From NCBI GenBank assembly GCA_019113475.1, contig DXHJ01000016.1, positions 1 through 50,403 of the forward strand: a stretch of 50,403 nt of DNA, in the 5' to 3' direction. This DNA is from Candidatus Dorea intestinavium. Lineage in GTDB: Bacteria; Bacillota; Clostridia; Lachnospirales; Lachnospiraceae. Shown piece after piece: positions 19,149-28,509 of this stretch. Under the pieces are notes generated by a model that ran no database searches, was not told where the DNA came from, and saw only the letters and a list, made by a program, of their open reading frames with translations. How positions within the stretch are numbered: position 1 is the first letter of the stretch; each line of letters opens with the position of its first letter. The position numbers and the translations under genes are program-made.

Positions 19149-21072
19149 TAAAATTTATGGGAAATTAGCCGTAACGAACTTACGCAACAATCGTAAAACT
19201 TACATCCCTTATTTTATTACTGCCACCCTCACCATTATGATGTATTTTATGATGGCAAACCTTTCTCAAAGTAGTAAAATCGGCGAAAGTTTATCGGTTA
19301 TTTTAAATATGGGCACGGGCATTATTTCGATTTTTTCTGTAATCCTTTTATTTTATACTAATAGTTTTTTAATCAAAAGGAGACAAAAGGAAATTGGTGT
19401 TTATAATATTTTAGGTATGGAAAAGCGCCATATTGGCAAAATGTTAGCCCTTGAAACCTTAATAGTTGGTGGTGCTAGTATTATTATCGGTCTTATTTGT
19501 GGTTTGGTAATTAGTCGTTTAATGTATATGATTTTACGCAAGATTATAGTTTATAATATTAACTTCGACTTTGAGCTAAGTATCCAAGCTCTGCTAGCAA
19601 CGATTATTTTGTTTGTAATTATCTTTTTCGTTACCTTAGTTTATAACTTAATTCAAATTAAATTAAGTAATCCGATTGAATTATTACATGGCTCTAACGA
19701 AGGAGAAAAAGAACCAAAAAGCAGACTCTTATTAACTCTTGTAGGAGTACTACTTTTAGGAATTGGCTATTATATAGCCATTACGACTAAATCGCCCCTT
19801 AGTGCCTTGACGTTATTTTTTGTGGCGGTACTTTGTGTCATTCTTGGCACCTATGCTTTATTTACCGCTGGCAGCATTACCTTGTTAAAGATTTTAAAGA
19901 AAAATAAAAAATTCTATTATAAAACCAATCACTTTACCGCCGTTTCTGGGCTTTTGTACCGAATGAAGCAAAACGCCATTGGTCTTGCTAATATTTGTAT
20001 CTTAAGTACCGCTATGCTGGTAATGGTTTCGACGACTTTTTCTCTTTATATTGGCATGCAAGATGAGCTAGATTTGCGTTTTACCAGAACTTTTAATTAT
20101 ACGGTAACGGGAGGTAATAAAGAGTCGGTTACCAAAGCAAATAACATTATTGCAGAACAAGCAAAGAAAAACCAGCTAACCATGGATGATGATGTAGCTT
20201 ATGAATCAAAAACAGATATGGGGGTAATGAAAAATAATGAGTTTGTCTCCGGCAAAGAGGGAGCAAAGTTTGCAGATTTAGTTTTTATCGCCTATTTAGA
20301 TGAAGAGCAGTATAACAAGCTAGAAGGGAAAAATGAAGAGTTAAAAGAAAACGAAATTTTAGTATATGCTTCCGATCCGCATTATAATGAAAAAGAGCTC
20401 ACTATTAATGGTCAGAAATTTAGTATTTTAAAACAGATTGATCCTCTTAGCATGGCAGGGGAAGCAAATAGTATTGTGAAATCTTTTGTAGTGATTTGTA
20501 AAGATAAAGAGACGATTATGAACATCACAAATCAAGAGGGCTTTAGTTATACCAGAGGCTTTAACTTTGTGGGAAATAAAGAGAAGATAAAAGCAGTAGA
20601 AAAAGAAATCCAAAATGAAATTGTTGATGGTGTAGAAAATACTAGAACTGATATTAGGTCTACTGTTGAAAGTAGTTTCTTTGAATTATATGGAAGTTTA
20701 TTCTTTATTGGCATTTACCTAGGTCTCATGTTCTTAATGGCCACGGTGTTGATTATCTACTACAAACAAATTTCCGAAGGATTCGATGACAAGAAGCGTT
20801 ATCAGATTATGCAAAAAGTGGGAATGAGTAAAAAAGAAGTAAAAGATAGTATTAAGAGTCAAGTGTTAATTGTATTTTTCTTTCCACTAGTCATGGCAAT
20901 TATTCATGTGGCAGCAGCTTTCCCGATGGTTACGAGATTACTAGCGCTCTTTAATTTAACTAATATTACACTCTTTGCCATAACAACGCTTGTGACAATT
21001 TTGGTTTTTGTAATCATTTATATTATCGTCTACAGTGTTACGGCAAAAGAATATTATAATATTGTTAACTAA
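19141..21072 (+). CDS. ABC transporter permease, BceB-like (FtsX family, large extracellular loop)
   Basis: About 10 TM helices, FLIKRRQKEIGVYNILGM, roughly 200-aa extracellular domain, IIYYKQISEG. Confidence 0.92.
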   Translation: MSSKIYGKLAVTNLRNNRKTYIPYFITATLTIMMYFMMANLSQSSKIGESLSVILNMGTGIISIFSVILLFYTNSFLIKRRQKEIGVYNILGMEKRHIGKMLALETLIVGGASIIIGLICGLVISRLMYMILRKIIVYNINFDFELSIQALLATIILFVIIFFVTLVYNLIQIKLSNPIELLHGSNEGEKEPKSRLLLTLVGVLLLGIGYYIAITTKSPLSALTLFFVAVLCVILGTYALFTAGSITLLKILKKNKKFYYKTNHFTAVSGLLYRMKQNAIGLANICILSTAMLVMVSTTFSLYIGMQDELDLRFTRTFNYTVTGGNKESVTKANNIIAEQAKKNQLTMDDDVAYESKTDMGVMKNNEFVSGKEGAKFADLVFIAYLDEEQYNKLEGKNEELKENEILVYASDPHYNEKELTINGQKFSILKQIDPLSMAGEANSIVKSFVVICKDKETIMNITNQEGFSYTRGFNFVGNKEKIKAVEKEIQNEIVDGVENTRTDIRSTVESSFFELYGSLFFIGIYLGLMFLMATVLIIYYKQISEGFDDKKRYQIMQKVGMSKKEVKDSIKSQVLIVFFFPLVMAIIHVAAAFPMVTRLLALFNLTNITLFAITTLVTILVFVIIYIIVYSVTAKEYYNIVN

Positions 21073-22159
21073 AAGTTTTGCTTAATAAATCTAATAATTT
21101 TTGATTATGAGTAGGGAGAAGGATGCCAAAGCGGATGAATTCTCCCTTTAATCCTGCCATCAAAGAGCAATCACGAATCATTAAAGATTCTTTAATAGCA
21201 AGGGTAAAGAAATCACTAGCTGTGATACCAGGCTTTTCTAACTTAACTAAATAAAAGTTTCCATAGGAAGGGTAATACTTAAGGTTTGCTATTTTTACTA
21301 AGGCGTCATTAATATGGCGTCTTTCTTTTTCGATTAAATCTTTTGTTTCTTTAATATAATCGACATCCTCAAGCATCTTTTCCCCAAGAAAAGCAGCCAC
21401 ATGGTTAAGACTCCAGGGATTTTGAAATTTTTTTAAGTGTTCAAGAAAGAGTTGATTCGAAGTAATACCATAACCAAAGCGTAGACCGGGAGAAGAAAAG
21501 AACTTAGAAATTCCCCGAATAACCACGAAATTATCATAAGCCTTTACGAAAGGCAGCGCACTTTTGATTTCCTTTGGTGCAAACTCCATATAGGTTTCAT
21601 CAATTAATAAGAAAATGCCTCTTTTTTTACAACCGGCTATCATTTCTTCTAGAGAAGAATCAAGAAGCGCTGACGAGGTGGGGTTATTGGGATTGCATAA
21701 AATTACCATTTCTGTAGTATCTGGCAAAAAGGACATGAAATCGGCTACGTTTAGCTTAAAATCATCCTTTTCTTGTAAATAATAAGGAATAATAGAAGCA
21801 CCTACTAAGGCCAATTCCCTTTCGTATTCTGAGTAGGTGGGACGAATCACCACGGCATTTTTGGGCTTTTTTAGTTCAATTAAAAGCGAGATTAGTTCAG
21901 TTGAGCCATTCCCAACCGTAATGAATTCTTTATCGACACTTAAAAAAGAACTTAAATGTTGGCGCAAAGAAGTATAGTCTCGATCAGGATAAGTGGCCAT
22001 AATTTGGGGAAGTTCATTAAAAGCCTGAAGAGCTTTCTGGGAAATTCCCAAAGGATTAACATTAGAAGCAAAGTTTAAAATTTCGGCTTGATTTAAGCCA
22101 TACTTTACTGCTACATTTTCTATATCAGAACCATGAAAAAAAGTTTTATTAGCGGACAT
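21065..22159 (-). CDS. cobD: PLP-dependent class I/II aminotransferase, threonine-phosphate decarboxylase (CobD)-like
   Basis: FHGSD, FASNVNPLG, GNGSTELI, CNPNNPT, DETY, SKFFSSPGLRFGY. HisC cannot be fully excluded. Confidence 0.7.
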   Translation of the reverse strand: MSANKTFFHGSDIENVAVKYGLNQAEILNFASNVNPLGISQKALQAFNELPQIMATYPDRDYTSLRQHLSSFLSVDKEFITVGNGSTELISLLIELKKPKNAVVIRPTYSEYERELALVGASIIPYYLQEKDDFKLNVADFMSFLPDTTEMVILCNPNNPTSSALLDSSLEEMIAGCKKRGIFLLIDETYMEFAPKEIKSALPFVKAYDNFVVIRGISKFFSSPGLRFGYGITSNQLFLEHLKKFQNPWSLNHVAAFLGEKMLEDVDYIKETKDLIEKERRHINDALVKIANLKYYPSYGNFYLVKLEKPGITASDFFTLAIKESLMIRDCSLMAGLKGEFIRFGILLPTHNQKLLDLLSKTFS

Positions 22160-22200
22160 TTTTCACCTCATTAAATATTTTCTATTTCATCTACAATTCT

Positions 22201-22259
22201 TTTACAAAAGGAACGAATAATGATATACTTTATTATAGTTAATTTTAAGAAAAAAGCAA
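22201..22259. promoter_or_regulatory. Overlapping bidirectional promoters between cobD and the three-gene operon
   Basis: Plus strand: TTTACA (22201-22206), 17 bp, TATACT (22224-22229) with TG. Minus strand: TTGCTT (22259-22254), 16 bp, TATAAT (22237-22232). Confidence 0.65.
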
Positions 22260-22280
22260 TGAAAGAAGTAGGTACAGCTA

Positions 22281-25200
22281 TTGAAGGCTAAGATACAAAG
22301 ACTCTCAAAGGGTGACTTTCACTTAGAAAAGCCGGGAATTAGCTTTGATGAGACCAATATTGTGATCATTATTGGCGAGGGCGAAATATATAAAGGAAGT
22401 ATCCATATTAGAAGTAATACGACGGACAGAATAAGAGGGCTAATTTATCCCTCTTCTTTGCGTGTTTCTTTTAAAGAGCAAGGTTTTGAGGGTACGGATG
22501 TTAGGATTGAATATACATATGATGGAAGAGGATTACTTCCAGGACATGTGGAGCACGGGAAGTTTAGCGTAGTTTGTGATGTGGGAGAGTATGACCTTGC
22601 CTTTACCGCCATTACAGAAAAACCATATGTAACAACAGCATATGGAAAAGTACAAAGTACAGAGGATTTTAGAAAGCTTGCTATTAAAGATTTTTCGGAA
22701 GCAGCAAGACTTTTTAGATCCAAAGAATTTTATGAAATTTTAAAATATGAAGATGAGAGAATTTTTTATCTTTATGACAATATGCGAAAATGGTCTCTAG
22801 GTGAGCAATCCTTAGAGGAATTTTTAGTAGGCATTAAACAAAAAGAATGCATCTTTTTAACTTTACAAGGAGAAGGGATGCTTTTTGAAGATGTGGCGGA
22901 TGCGACCAAAGGAACCCTAACTATTATGAAAAATACTTGGGGTTTTATGCCGGTCAAAATCCAGGCCGAAGGGGAATTTATAAAGCTTGCTAGAACGGAA
23001 ATTACGACCGATGACTTTGTGGGAAATGCTTATGAGTTTGAATATTTTGTCAGACCAGAAAAGCTCCATGGCGGCCGTAACTTTGGCATGCTTAAATTTG
23101 TGACCCCTTATGAAACCTTAACTTATGAAGTAGAAGTAATTCAAAATGGTAAATATAACGAAGACCATCGCATGGCTGAACTTTATATGGCACAAATTTT
23201 AAAAGGATACATTCGTTTTAGTTCCGGTAAAGGCTCTTTAAAAGAATGGGTATTAATGGCCCTTAAGAATTTAAAGCTTTTACGAGAACTAGAACCTCAA
23301 AATGATATGTATCAACTTCTAACGGCCCATATTAAAATTCGTGGTAAGCAAGAAGAAGAAGCAAAATGGATATTAGAAAACTATAACTACAATCGTTTTG
23401 CTTTAGTAAAAGATTATATGGTCAATGCTTATTATCTTTATTTGACCGCACTTTTAAGTGAAGATAGCGCTCATTATCAAAGGGTCATTGGCGATTTGGA
23501 AAAAACTTATGTAAGACATCAAGAATCCTGGTTCCTACTTTGGATGATTATGGATATTGATAAAAAATATAAAAATCCTACTAAAAGGTTATCCATGCTA
23601 GAACAACACTTTGCTTTTGGCAATCATACGGTGACCTTTTATATGGAAAGCTTTTTATGCTACCGGGAAAAGCCAGAGTTGTTAAAAAAACTAGGTGATT
23701 TTGAATTGCAAGTATTAAACTTTGCTTCTAAATACCAGCTAATTACAAGAGATATGGCTCTTTACCTGGCAAACTTTGCTAGTCAACAGAAATTTTATAG
23801 CGAAAAACTCTTTAAAACCTTGGAAAGAACCTATGAACTTTACGATGAATCCATTATTTTAAACGCCATCACCACCTTATTAATTAAGGGCAATAAGGTG
23901 GGTTCGGAATATTTCAAATGGTATAAACTAGCAGTAGAAGCTGATTTTAAAATTGCAAAACTCTATGATTATTATATGATCACAGTAGATGAAAATGTAC
24001 TAACAGAGGCATTACCAAGAGTTCTTTATCTTTATTATATGCATGGTAATAACTTGGATTTTAGAAAATGTGCCTTTCTTTATGCTAGTTTGGTGACTTT
24101 TGAAAAAGAAGCAGGAGACCTTTATCTTGCTTACCGAGAACAAATGGTTAAGTTTACCAGAAAACAACTTCTGCAAAGACATATTACGGAGTCTTTAAAA
24201 ATTCTCTATAAAAGATTTTTAAAAGAAGAAGAAATGAGCTCCGAACAAATCGAAGCAATGCGCGATATTTGCTTTTCTTATTTGGTAACCACCAAAGTAA
24301 AAGGCATGCACCAAGTTCTGGTTATTGAAAAAAATGGGGAAATTGAACAAAGAGTTCCTTACCGAGAAAATGGAGCCATTATTTATCTTTATGATAAAGA
24401 AGCTAGAGTGATTTGGGAGTCAAAAGAAGGCCGTTACTATACAGATTCCATAGCATACGATACAAAAAGGCTCTTTTATGAACCTAGATTTTTAGAACTT
24501 TGTAAGCGCTATGCCTATACCACAGGAGCTTGGCAAGAAGTAGCAACGAAGGAAACCGTAACTTTAGAAAACTTGTATAATAAAGGCATAGCTGCCTTTA
24601 ATGAAAAAGAAGTGCTTTCTTTTATTAGTCGTGTGATTAGAGAAAGTGACTACAAAGAAGATAAGGCCGTTACTTATTTTGCTATCGAGCTCTTTAATCG
24701 AGGTCAATATGATAAAGCCACGCTTACTTACTTGGCTGAGTTCTACCTAGGTAGTAGTTTTGAAATGAAGCGACTTTATCAAAGCGTTAAAGAATACGAA
24801 GTACAACCGATAAAATTAGCAGAGCGGATTATTACGCAAGTGGTCTTTTCCGAAGAAATATTAGATGAAGAACCTATTTTTTTGGATTATTACACTTCAG
24901 ATTCTGTCTATTTTCGGATTAAGCAGGCTTATCTTGCGTTGGTGTCAAAAGAATATTTGGTAAATTGCCATCTCCTTAAACAAGGAGTCTTTGATATCAT
25001 TTTACGAGAATGTTTTAATGGTGAAGATTTAGCTGATGTTTGTAAAATCGCGCTCATAAAATGGTACTCCGATAAAGAGTTTCAAGAAGATGAGGGCTTA
25101 GTTTTAAAGGCCGTTATGACTGAGCTTTGTGAGAAGAAGATGGTGCTACCATTTTTCATGAATTATCCGTCTAGATGGCTAAGAGAATTACAAATTTACG

Positions 25201-25571
25201 ATAAAGTTTATGTTTCTTATCAAACGAAGAAAACTTCGCGGGTGATTTTACACTATAAACTTCGTCGCGGTAATAAAGAAGAACTAAGTTTTAGAAAAGA
25301 AGCCTTAATGCCAGTTTTTGATGGCTTTTATGTGAAAGATTTTGTGCTTTATGAAGATGAGACCTTAGTCTATTACTTTAAAGAAGTAGAAGAAGAGGAA
25401 ATCGTTGAAAGCGAAAGAATGACCATACAAAAAGAAAACATCGATTACAAAGCAGGCAAGTTTGGCAAGCTTAACAAAATGATTAAAGTCAGTGAAGAAG
25501 AAAGAAAAGCGTTAATGGTTTCTTATGAAGAAGAAGAAATTGTAGGAAAAGAATTTTATCTAAATTATTAG
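22281..25571 (+). CDS. Large conserved hypothetical protein (DUF5717-like): N-terminal beta-sandwich domains, helical solenoid core, C-terminal beta domain
   Basis: 1096-aa open frame with TTG start. No signal peptide or TM helices. Beta-strand pattern in residues ~1-290, Tyr/Leu-rich helical middle. DUF assignment is from recall of Lachnospiraceae proteins. Confidence 0.8.
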   Translation: MKAKIQRLSKGDFHLEKPGISFDETNIVIIIGEGEIYKGSIHIRSNTTDRIRGLIYPSSLRVSFKEQGFEGTDVRIEYTYDGRGLLPGHVEHGKFSVVCDVGEYDLAFTAITEKPYVTTAYGKVQSTEDFRKLAIKDFSEAARLFRSKEFYEILKYEDERIFYLYDNMRKWSLGEQSLEEFLVGIKQKECIFLTLQGEGMLFEDVADATKGTLTIMKNTWGFMPVKIQAEGEFIKLARTEITTDDFVGNAYEFEYFVRPEKLHGGRNFGMLKFVTPYETLTYEVEVIQNGKYNEDHRMAELYMAQILKGYIRFSSGKGSLKEWVLMALKNLKLLRELEPQNDMYQLLTAHIKIRGKQEEEAKWILENYNYNRFALVKDYMVNAYYLYLTALLSEDSAHYQRVIGDLEKTYVRHQESWFLLWMIMDIDKKYKNPTKRLSMLEQHFAFGNHTVTFYMESFLCYREKPELLKKLGDFELQVLNFASKYQLITRDMALYLANFASQQKFYSEKLFKTLERTYELYDESIILNAITTLLIKGNKVGSEYFKWYKLAVEADFKIAKLYDYYMITVDENVLTEALPRVLYLYYMHGNNLDFRKCAFLYASLVTFEKEAGDLYLAYREQMVKFTRKQLLQRHITESLKILYKRFLKEEEMSSEQIEAMRDICFSYLVTTKVKGMHQVLVIEKNGEIEQRVPYRENGAIIYLYDKEARVIWESKEGRYYTDSIAYDTKRLFYEPRFLELCKRYAYTTGAWQEVATKETVTLENLYNKGIAAFNEKEVLSFISRVIRESDYKEDKAVTYFAIELFNRGQYDKATLTYLAEFYLGSSFEMKRLYQSVKEYEVQPIKLAERIITQVVFSEEILDEEPIFLDYYTSDSVYFRIKQAYLALVSKEYLVNCHLLKQGVFDIILRECFNGEDLADVCKIALIKWYSDKEFQEDEGLVLKAVMTELCEKKMVLPFFMNYPSRWLRELQIYDKVYVSYQTKKTSRVILHYKLRRGNKEELSFRKEALMPVFDGFYVKDFVLYEDETLVYYFKEVEEEEIVESERMTIQKENIDYKAGKFGKLNKMIKVSEEERKALMVSYEEEEIVGKEFYLNY

Positions 25572-25602
25572 AAATTAGAAAAGGTAGGAATAAGGAGAAG
25601 GC

Positions 25603-26883
25603 ATGAGACAAAAGGTTACCCTTGGTTATGATTTAAATAATAAATATGGTCAAATTAGTTACTTCGACTATGATAATGAGGAGCCCGTAACAGTAGAGGT
25701 GGCAACAGTTAATTCACAAATACCTCTTGCGCTTGCCTTCTTTAATGATCGTTGGGTCTATGGAAAAGAGGCGAAAAGGCTAAGTATTATGAATTCCAGT
25801 CTGGTCTTTGTCGACTTCTTTGATAAGGCTGTAAAAAGAGAAAAAGTAACAACCACGGAAAAGACTTATGATGCCGTTTGGCTATTAGCAAAATTTATTG
25901 AACTTACATTAAAGGATTTTGAAGAAATCGATTTTATCACTTTTACGGTGCCCAAAACAGATGTAGATATGAGCAACCTTTTAAAAGGAATTGCCAGTCA
26001 TTTAGCCATTCCGAAAGAAAAGGTGGCTATCCAAGATCATAAAGAAAGTTTTTGTCATTATATGTATGACCAACCCAAAGAGCTGTGGCAATATGAAGCA
26101 GCTCTATTTAACTGTGAAGATGACAGGGTTGAAGCTTATATGTTAAGAAAGCTTAATACCGGTCGTGGAAATAACGACCTTTACGTAACCGTTGACGAAG
26201 TGGCAAATGCTACGGTGGCAGAGCTATCGGCTATTTTTCCGGTTTTTGAAGCAAATAAAGCAAAAGATGCGGATGAAAAATTTAAAGTCTTTATTCAAGG
26301 AGTCTTTGACAAAAAGGTCATTTCTAGTGTGTTTTTAACCGGCGAAGGCTTTGAACAAGAATGGTATCCACAATCATTAAAAGTACTATGCAATGGTAGA
26401 AGAACTTTTCTGGGAAACAATCTTTATAGTAAAGGAGCTTGTTATTATTCCCGAAAAGTAGAAAGTGGACAAGCAATTAGACCGATTTATTTAGATGAGA
26501 CCAGGTTAATGAAACGGGTTAGTGTGCAAATTCGGGTAGAAGGAAAAGAAATTTGGTACCCCATTGTTAATTGGGGAGCCCATTGGTATGAGTCAGACGC
26601 TAGATTAGAAGTATTAGTAAATGACTTAGAAGAAATAAAAATAAAAATCGAATCCTTAACCGATAACAAAAATGAAGAAAGAAGTTTATCCTTAAAAGGG
26701 TTAGCAATGCGTGATGATTACTCCATTCGTGCAACTCTAGAAGTTATGTTTTTAAATGAAAGATCTTGTAAGATCATAGTAAAAGATATGGGCTTTGGTG
26801 ACTTCTTCCCATCGACAGGTTTTGAGGCTTTAGAACTCATTGATTTAGGAGGTATTCATGGGCAGTTTAATTCTATGTCATAA
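25603..26883 (+). CDS. Degenerate Hsp70/actin-fold protein (DUF5716-like)
   Basis: GYDLNN~GIDLGT, IPLALAF..WVYGKEAKR~TPSVVAF..LVGEAAKR, FTVP~ITVP, VFLTGEG~VILVGG, SKGAC~AYGAA. The C-terminus resembles the Hsp70 SBD-beta. AAGGAG RBS. Confidence 0.78.
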   Translation: MRQKVTLGYDLNNKYGQISYFDYDNEEPVTVEVATVNSQIPLALAFFNDRWVYGKEAKRLSIMNSSLVFVDFFDKAVKREKVTTTEKTYDAVWLLAKFIELTLKDFEEIDFITFTVPKTDVDMSNLLKGIASHLAIPKEKVAIQDHKESFCHYMYDQPKELWQYEAALFNCEDDRVEAYMLRKLNTGRGNNDLYVTVDEVANATVAELSAIFPVFEANKAKDADEKFKVFIQGVFDKKVISSVFLTGEGFEQEWYPQSLKVLCNGRRTFLGNNLYSKGACYYSRKVESGQAIRPIYLDETRLMKRVSVQIRVEGKEIWYPIVNWGAHWYESDARLEVLVNDLEEIKIKIESLTDNKNEERSLSLKGLAMRDDYSIRATLEVMFLNERSCKIIVKDMGFGDFFPSTGFEALELIDLGGIHGQFNSMS

Positions 26884-27628
26884 TAAAAAGGCAAAGCACC
26901 CCTATGAAATTATTCGACTACATAAAAAAATATATACCATAGAAGAGCTGTGTTATTATCTTTGTAACCATTTATTTTTGGTGGATTATACTTTAATGAA
27001 TCACAGCCTTTGCAGCTGGATTGAAAGAGAGCTTAAGATGCGAGAACTAAGCTTAAGCCTTCGGGATATTCTAGCTAAAAATGGCAGTACAGAAGAGTTT
27101 ATTTTAGAAATTTTAGAAGCTTCTAAAATCTATACTGGGGCGGAAATACAACATATCATTAAAGTTTTAGAAAAACTAAAAGACCACAATGATATCGAAC
27201 GAGAAAAATTTAAGGCGGATACTTTATTTAATAATCAAGAGTATGATTCAGCTATCTTAATTTACCGAGCTATTATTACTGGCGAAGTGGATGATAGTGT
27301 GGGGAAGCTTTTTTATGGAAAAATATATGCTAATTTAGGCAGTTGCTATGGCCGCCAGTTCTTATATGAAGAGGCAGCTGGTGCTTATGAAAAAGCTTAT
27401 AGCATTATGAAAGAGCCGAGTATTTTAAGAGCTTACCTTTATAGCTGTTATATGGCTTATCCGGAAACGGACTATGTTAAGATGCTAGCAAAAAATGCAG
27501 AATTTTTAAGTATGGACCGCCGAATGAAAGATAAAATGCGAGAAGATAAGAAGAAAGTTAATGCCAAAGGAATAGAAAAAGAGTTTAATAATTGGAAAAA
27601 ACAATACAGAAAGTTTGACAAGAGATAA
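26858..27628 (+). CDS. Hypothetical protein with TPR-like repeats
   Basis: AGGAGG RBS and 26-bp overlap with the upstream gene. KADTLFNNQEYDSAILIY and IYANLGSCYGRQFLYEEAAGAYEKAY fit the TPR consensus. Confidence 0.8.
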   Translation: MGSLILCHNKKAKHPYEIIRLHKKIYTIEELCYYLCNHLFLVDYTLMNHSLCSWIERELKMRELSLSLRDILAKNGSTEEFILEILEASKIYTGAEIQHIIKVLEKLKDHNDIEREKFKADTLFNNQEYDSAILIYRAIITGEVDDSVGKLFYGKIYANLGSCYGRQFLYEEAAGAYEKAYSIMKEPSILRAYLYSCYMAYPETDYVKMLAKNAEFLSMDRRMKDKMREDKKKVNAKGIEKEFNNWKKQYRKFDKR

Positions 27629-27643
27629 AAGGTATGTTACCCT
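27615..27643 (+). promoter_or_regulatory. Promoter of the amino-acid ABC transporter
   Basis: TTGACA (27615-27620), 17 bp, TACCCT (27638-27643), with TG extension. Confidence 0.6.
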
Positions 27644-27708
27644 ATTCTTAGTTTAGCGTAGTAAAGTAGTCAATCACTAAAATCGATGAGAATAATGGGA
27701 GGCCTTTT

Positions 27709-28497
27709 ATGAAGAAAAAATTAGCAGTAATACTAACAATTATTATGGCAGTATCGATGCTTGCAGCTTGTGGTGGTAAGGATAAGGAAAAAGAATTTGT
27801 CGTAGGTTTTGATGCTTCTTTCCCACCCTTTGGTTATAAAGACGAAGCGGGTGAGTATGTCGGCTTTGATTTAGATTTAGCTGAGGAAGTATGTAAAAGA
27901 AATGACTGGACTTTAAAGAAACAACCTATTGAATGGGATTCTAAAGATATGGAAATTAATTCCGGAACCATTGATTGTATCTGGAATGGTTTTACCATTA
28001 ATGGCCGAGAAGATGATTACACTTGGACAAAACCTTACATTAATAATAAACAAGTTATTGTTACCATGAAGGATGCTAATATTACTTCTTTTGCCGATTT
28101 AGCTGGAAAAATTGTAGAGACCCAAACAGACTCTTCGGCCTTACACGCTTTAAACGAGGATCAAAAGGCCTTAAAAGATAGTTTTGCAAAACTAACAGAA
28201 GTGCCAGAATATAATACTGCTTTTATGGATTTAGAGTCAGGTGCTTGTGAAGCAATAGCTCTTGACATTGGGGTTGCTTATCACCAAGTAAATACTAGAG
28301 GAGCCGATAAGTTTACAATTTTAGATGAAGAAATTTCTAGTGAACAATACGGAATTGGCTTTAAAAAAGGCAATGATGAGCTAAGAGATCAAGTACAAAA
28401 GACTTTAGATGAAATGGCAGAAGATGGAACACTTCTAAAAATTGCCGAAAAATATGAAGATAGCGGAATTCCAGGAGCATTAGCCCTTGGAAAGTAA
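27709..28497 (+). CDS. Polar amino-acid ABC transporter substrate-binding lipoprotein
   Basis: Lipobox LAAC, VGFDASFPPFGY, GFDLDLA, IWNGFT, EQYGIGF. Confidence 0.93.
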   Translation: MKKKLAVILTIIMAVSMLAACGGKDKEKEFVVGFDASFPPFGYKDEAGEYVGFDLDLAEEVCKRNDWTLKKQPIEWDSKDMEINSGTIDCIWNGFTINGREDDYTWTKPYINNKQVIVTMKDANITSFADLAGKIVETQTDSSALHALNEDQKALKDSFAKLTEVPEYNTAFMDLESGACEAIALDIGVAYHQVNTRGADKFTILDEEISSEQYGIGFKKGNDELRDQVQKTLDEMAEDGTLLKIAEKYEDSGIPGALALGK

Positions 28498-28509
28498 GTA
28501 GGGAGAAAC

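Noticed and set aside
25603-26883. Canonical DnaK, or Wadjet JetA (a name sometimes linked to DUF5716)
   Set aside because: It is too short and degenerate for DnaK, with no grpE or dnaJ. There are no SMC-like JetC or Toprim JetD neighbours, and the motifs are Hsp70-like.
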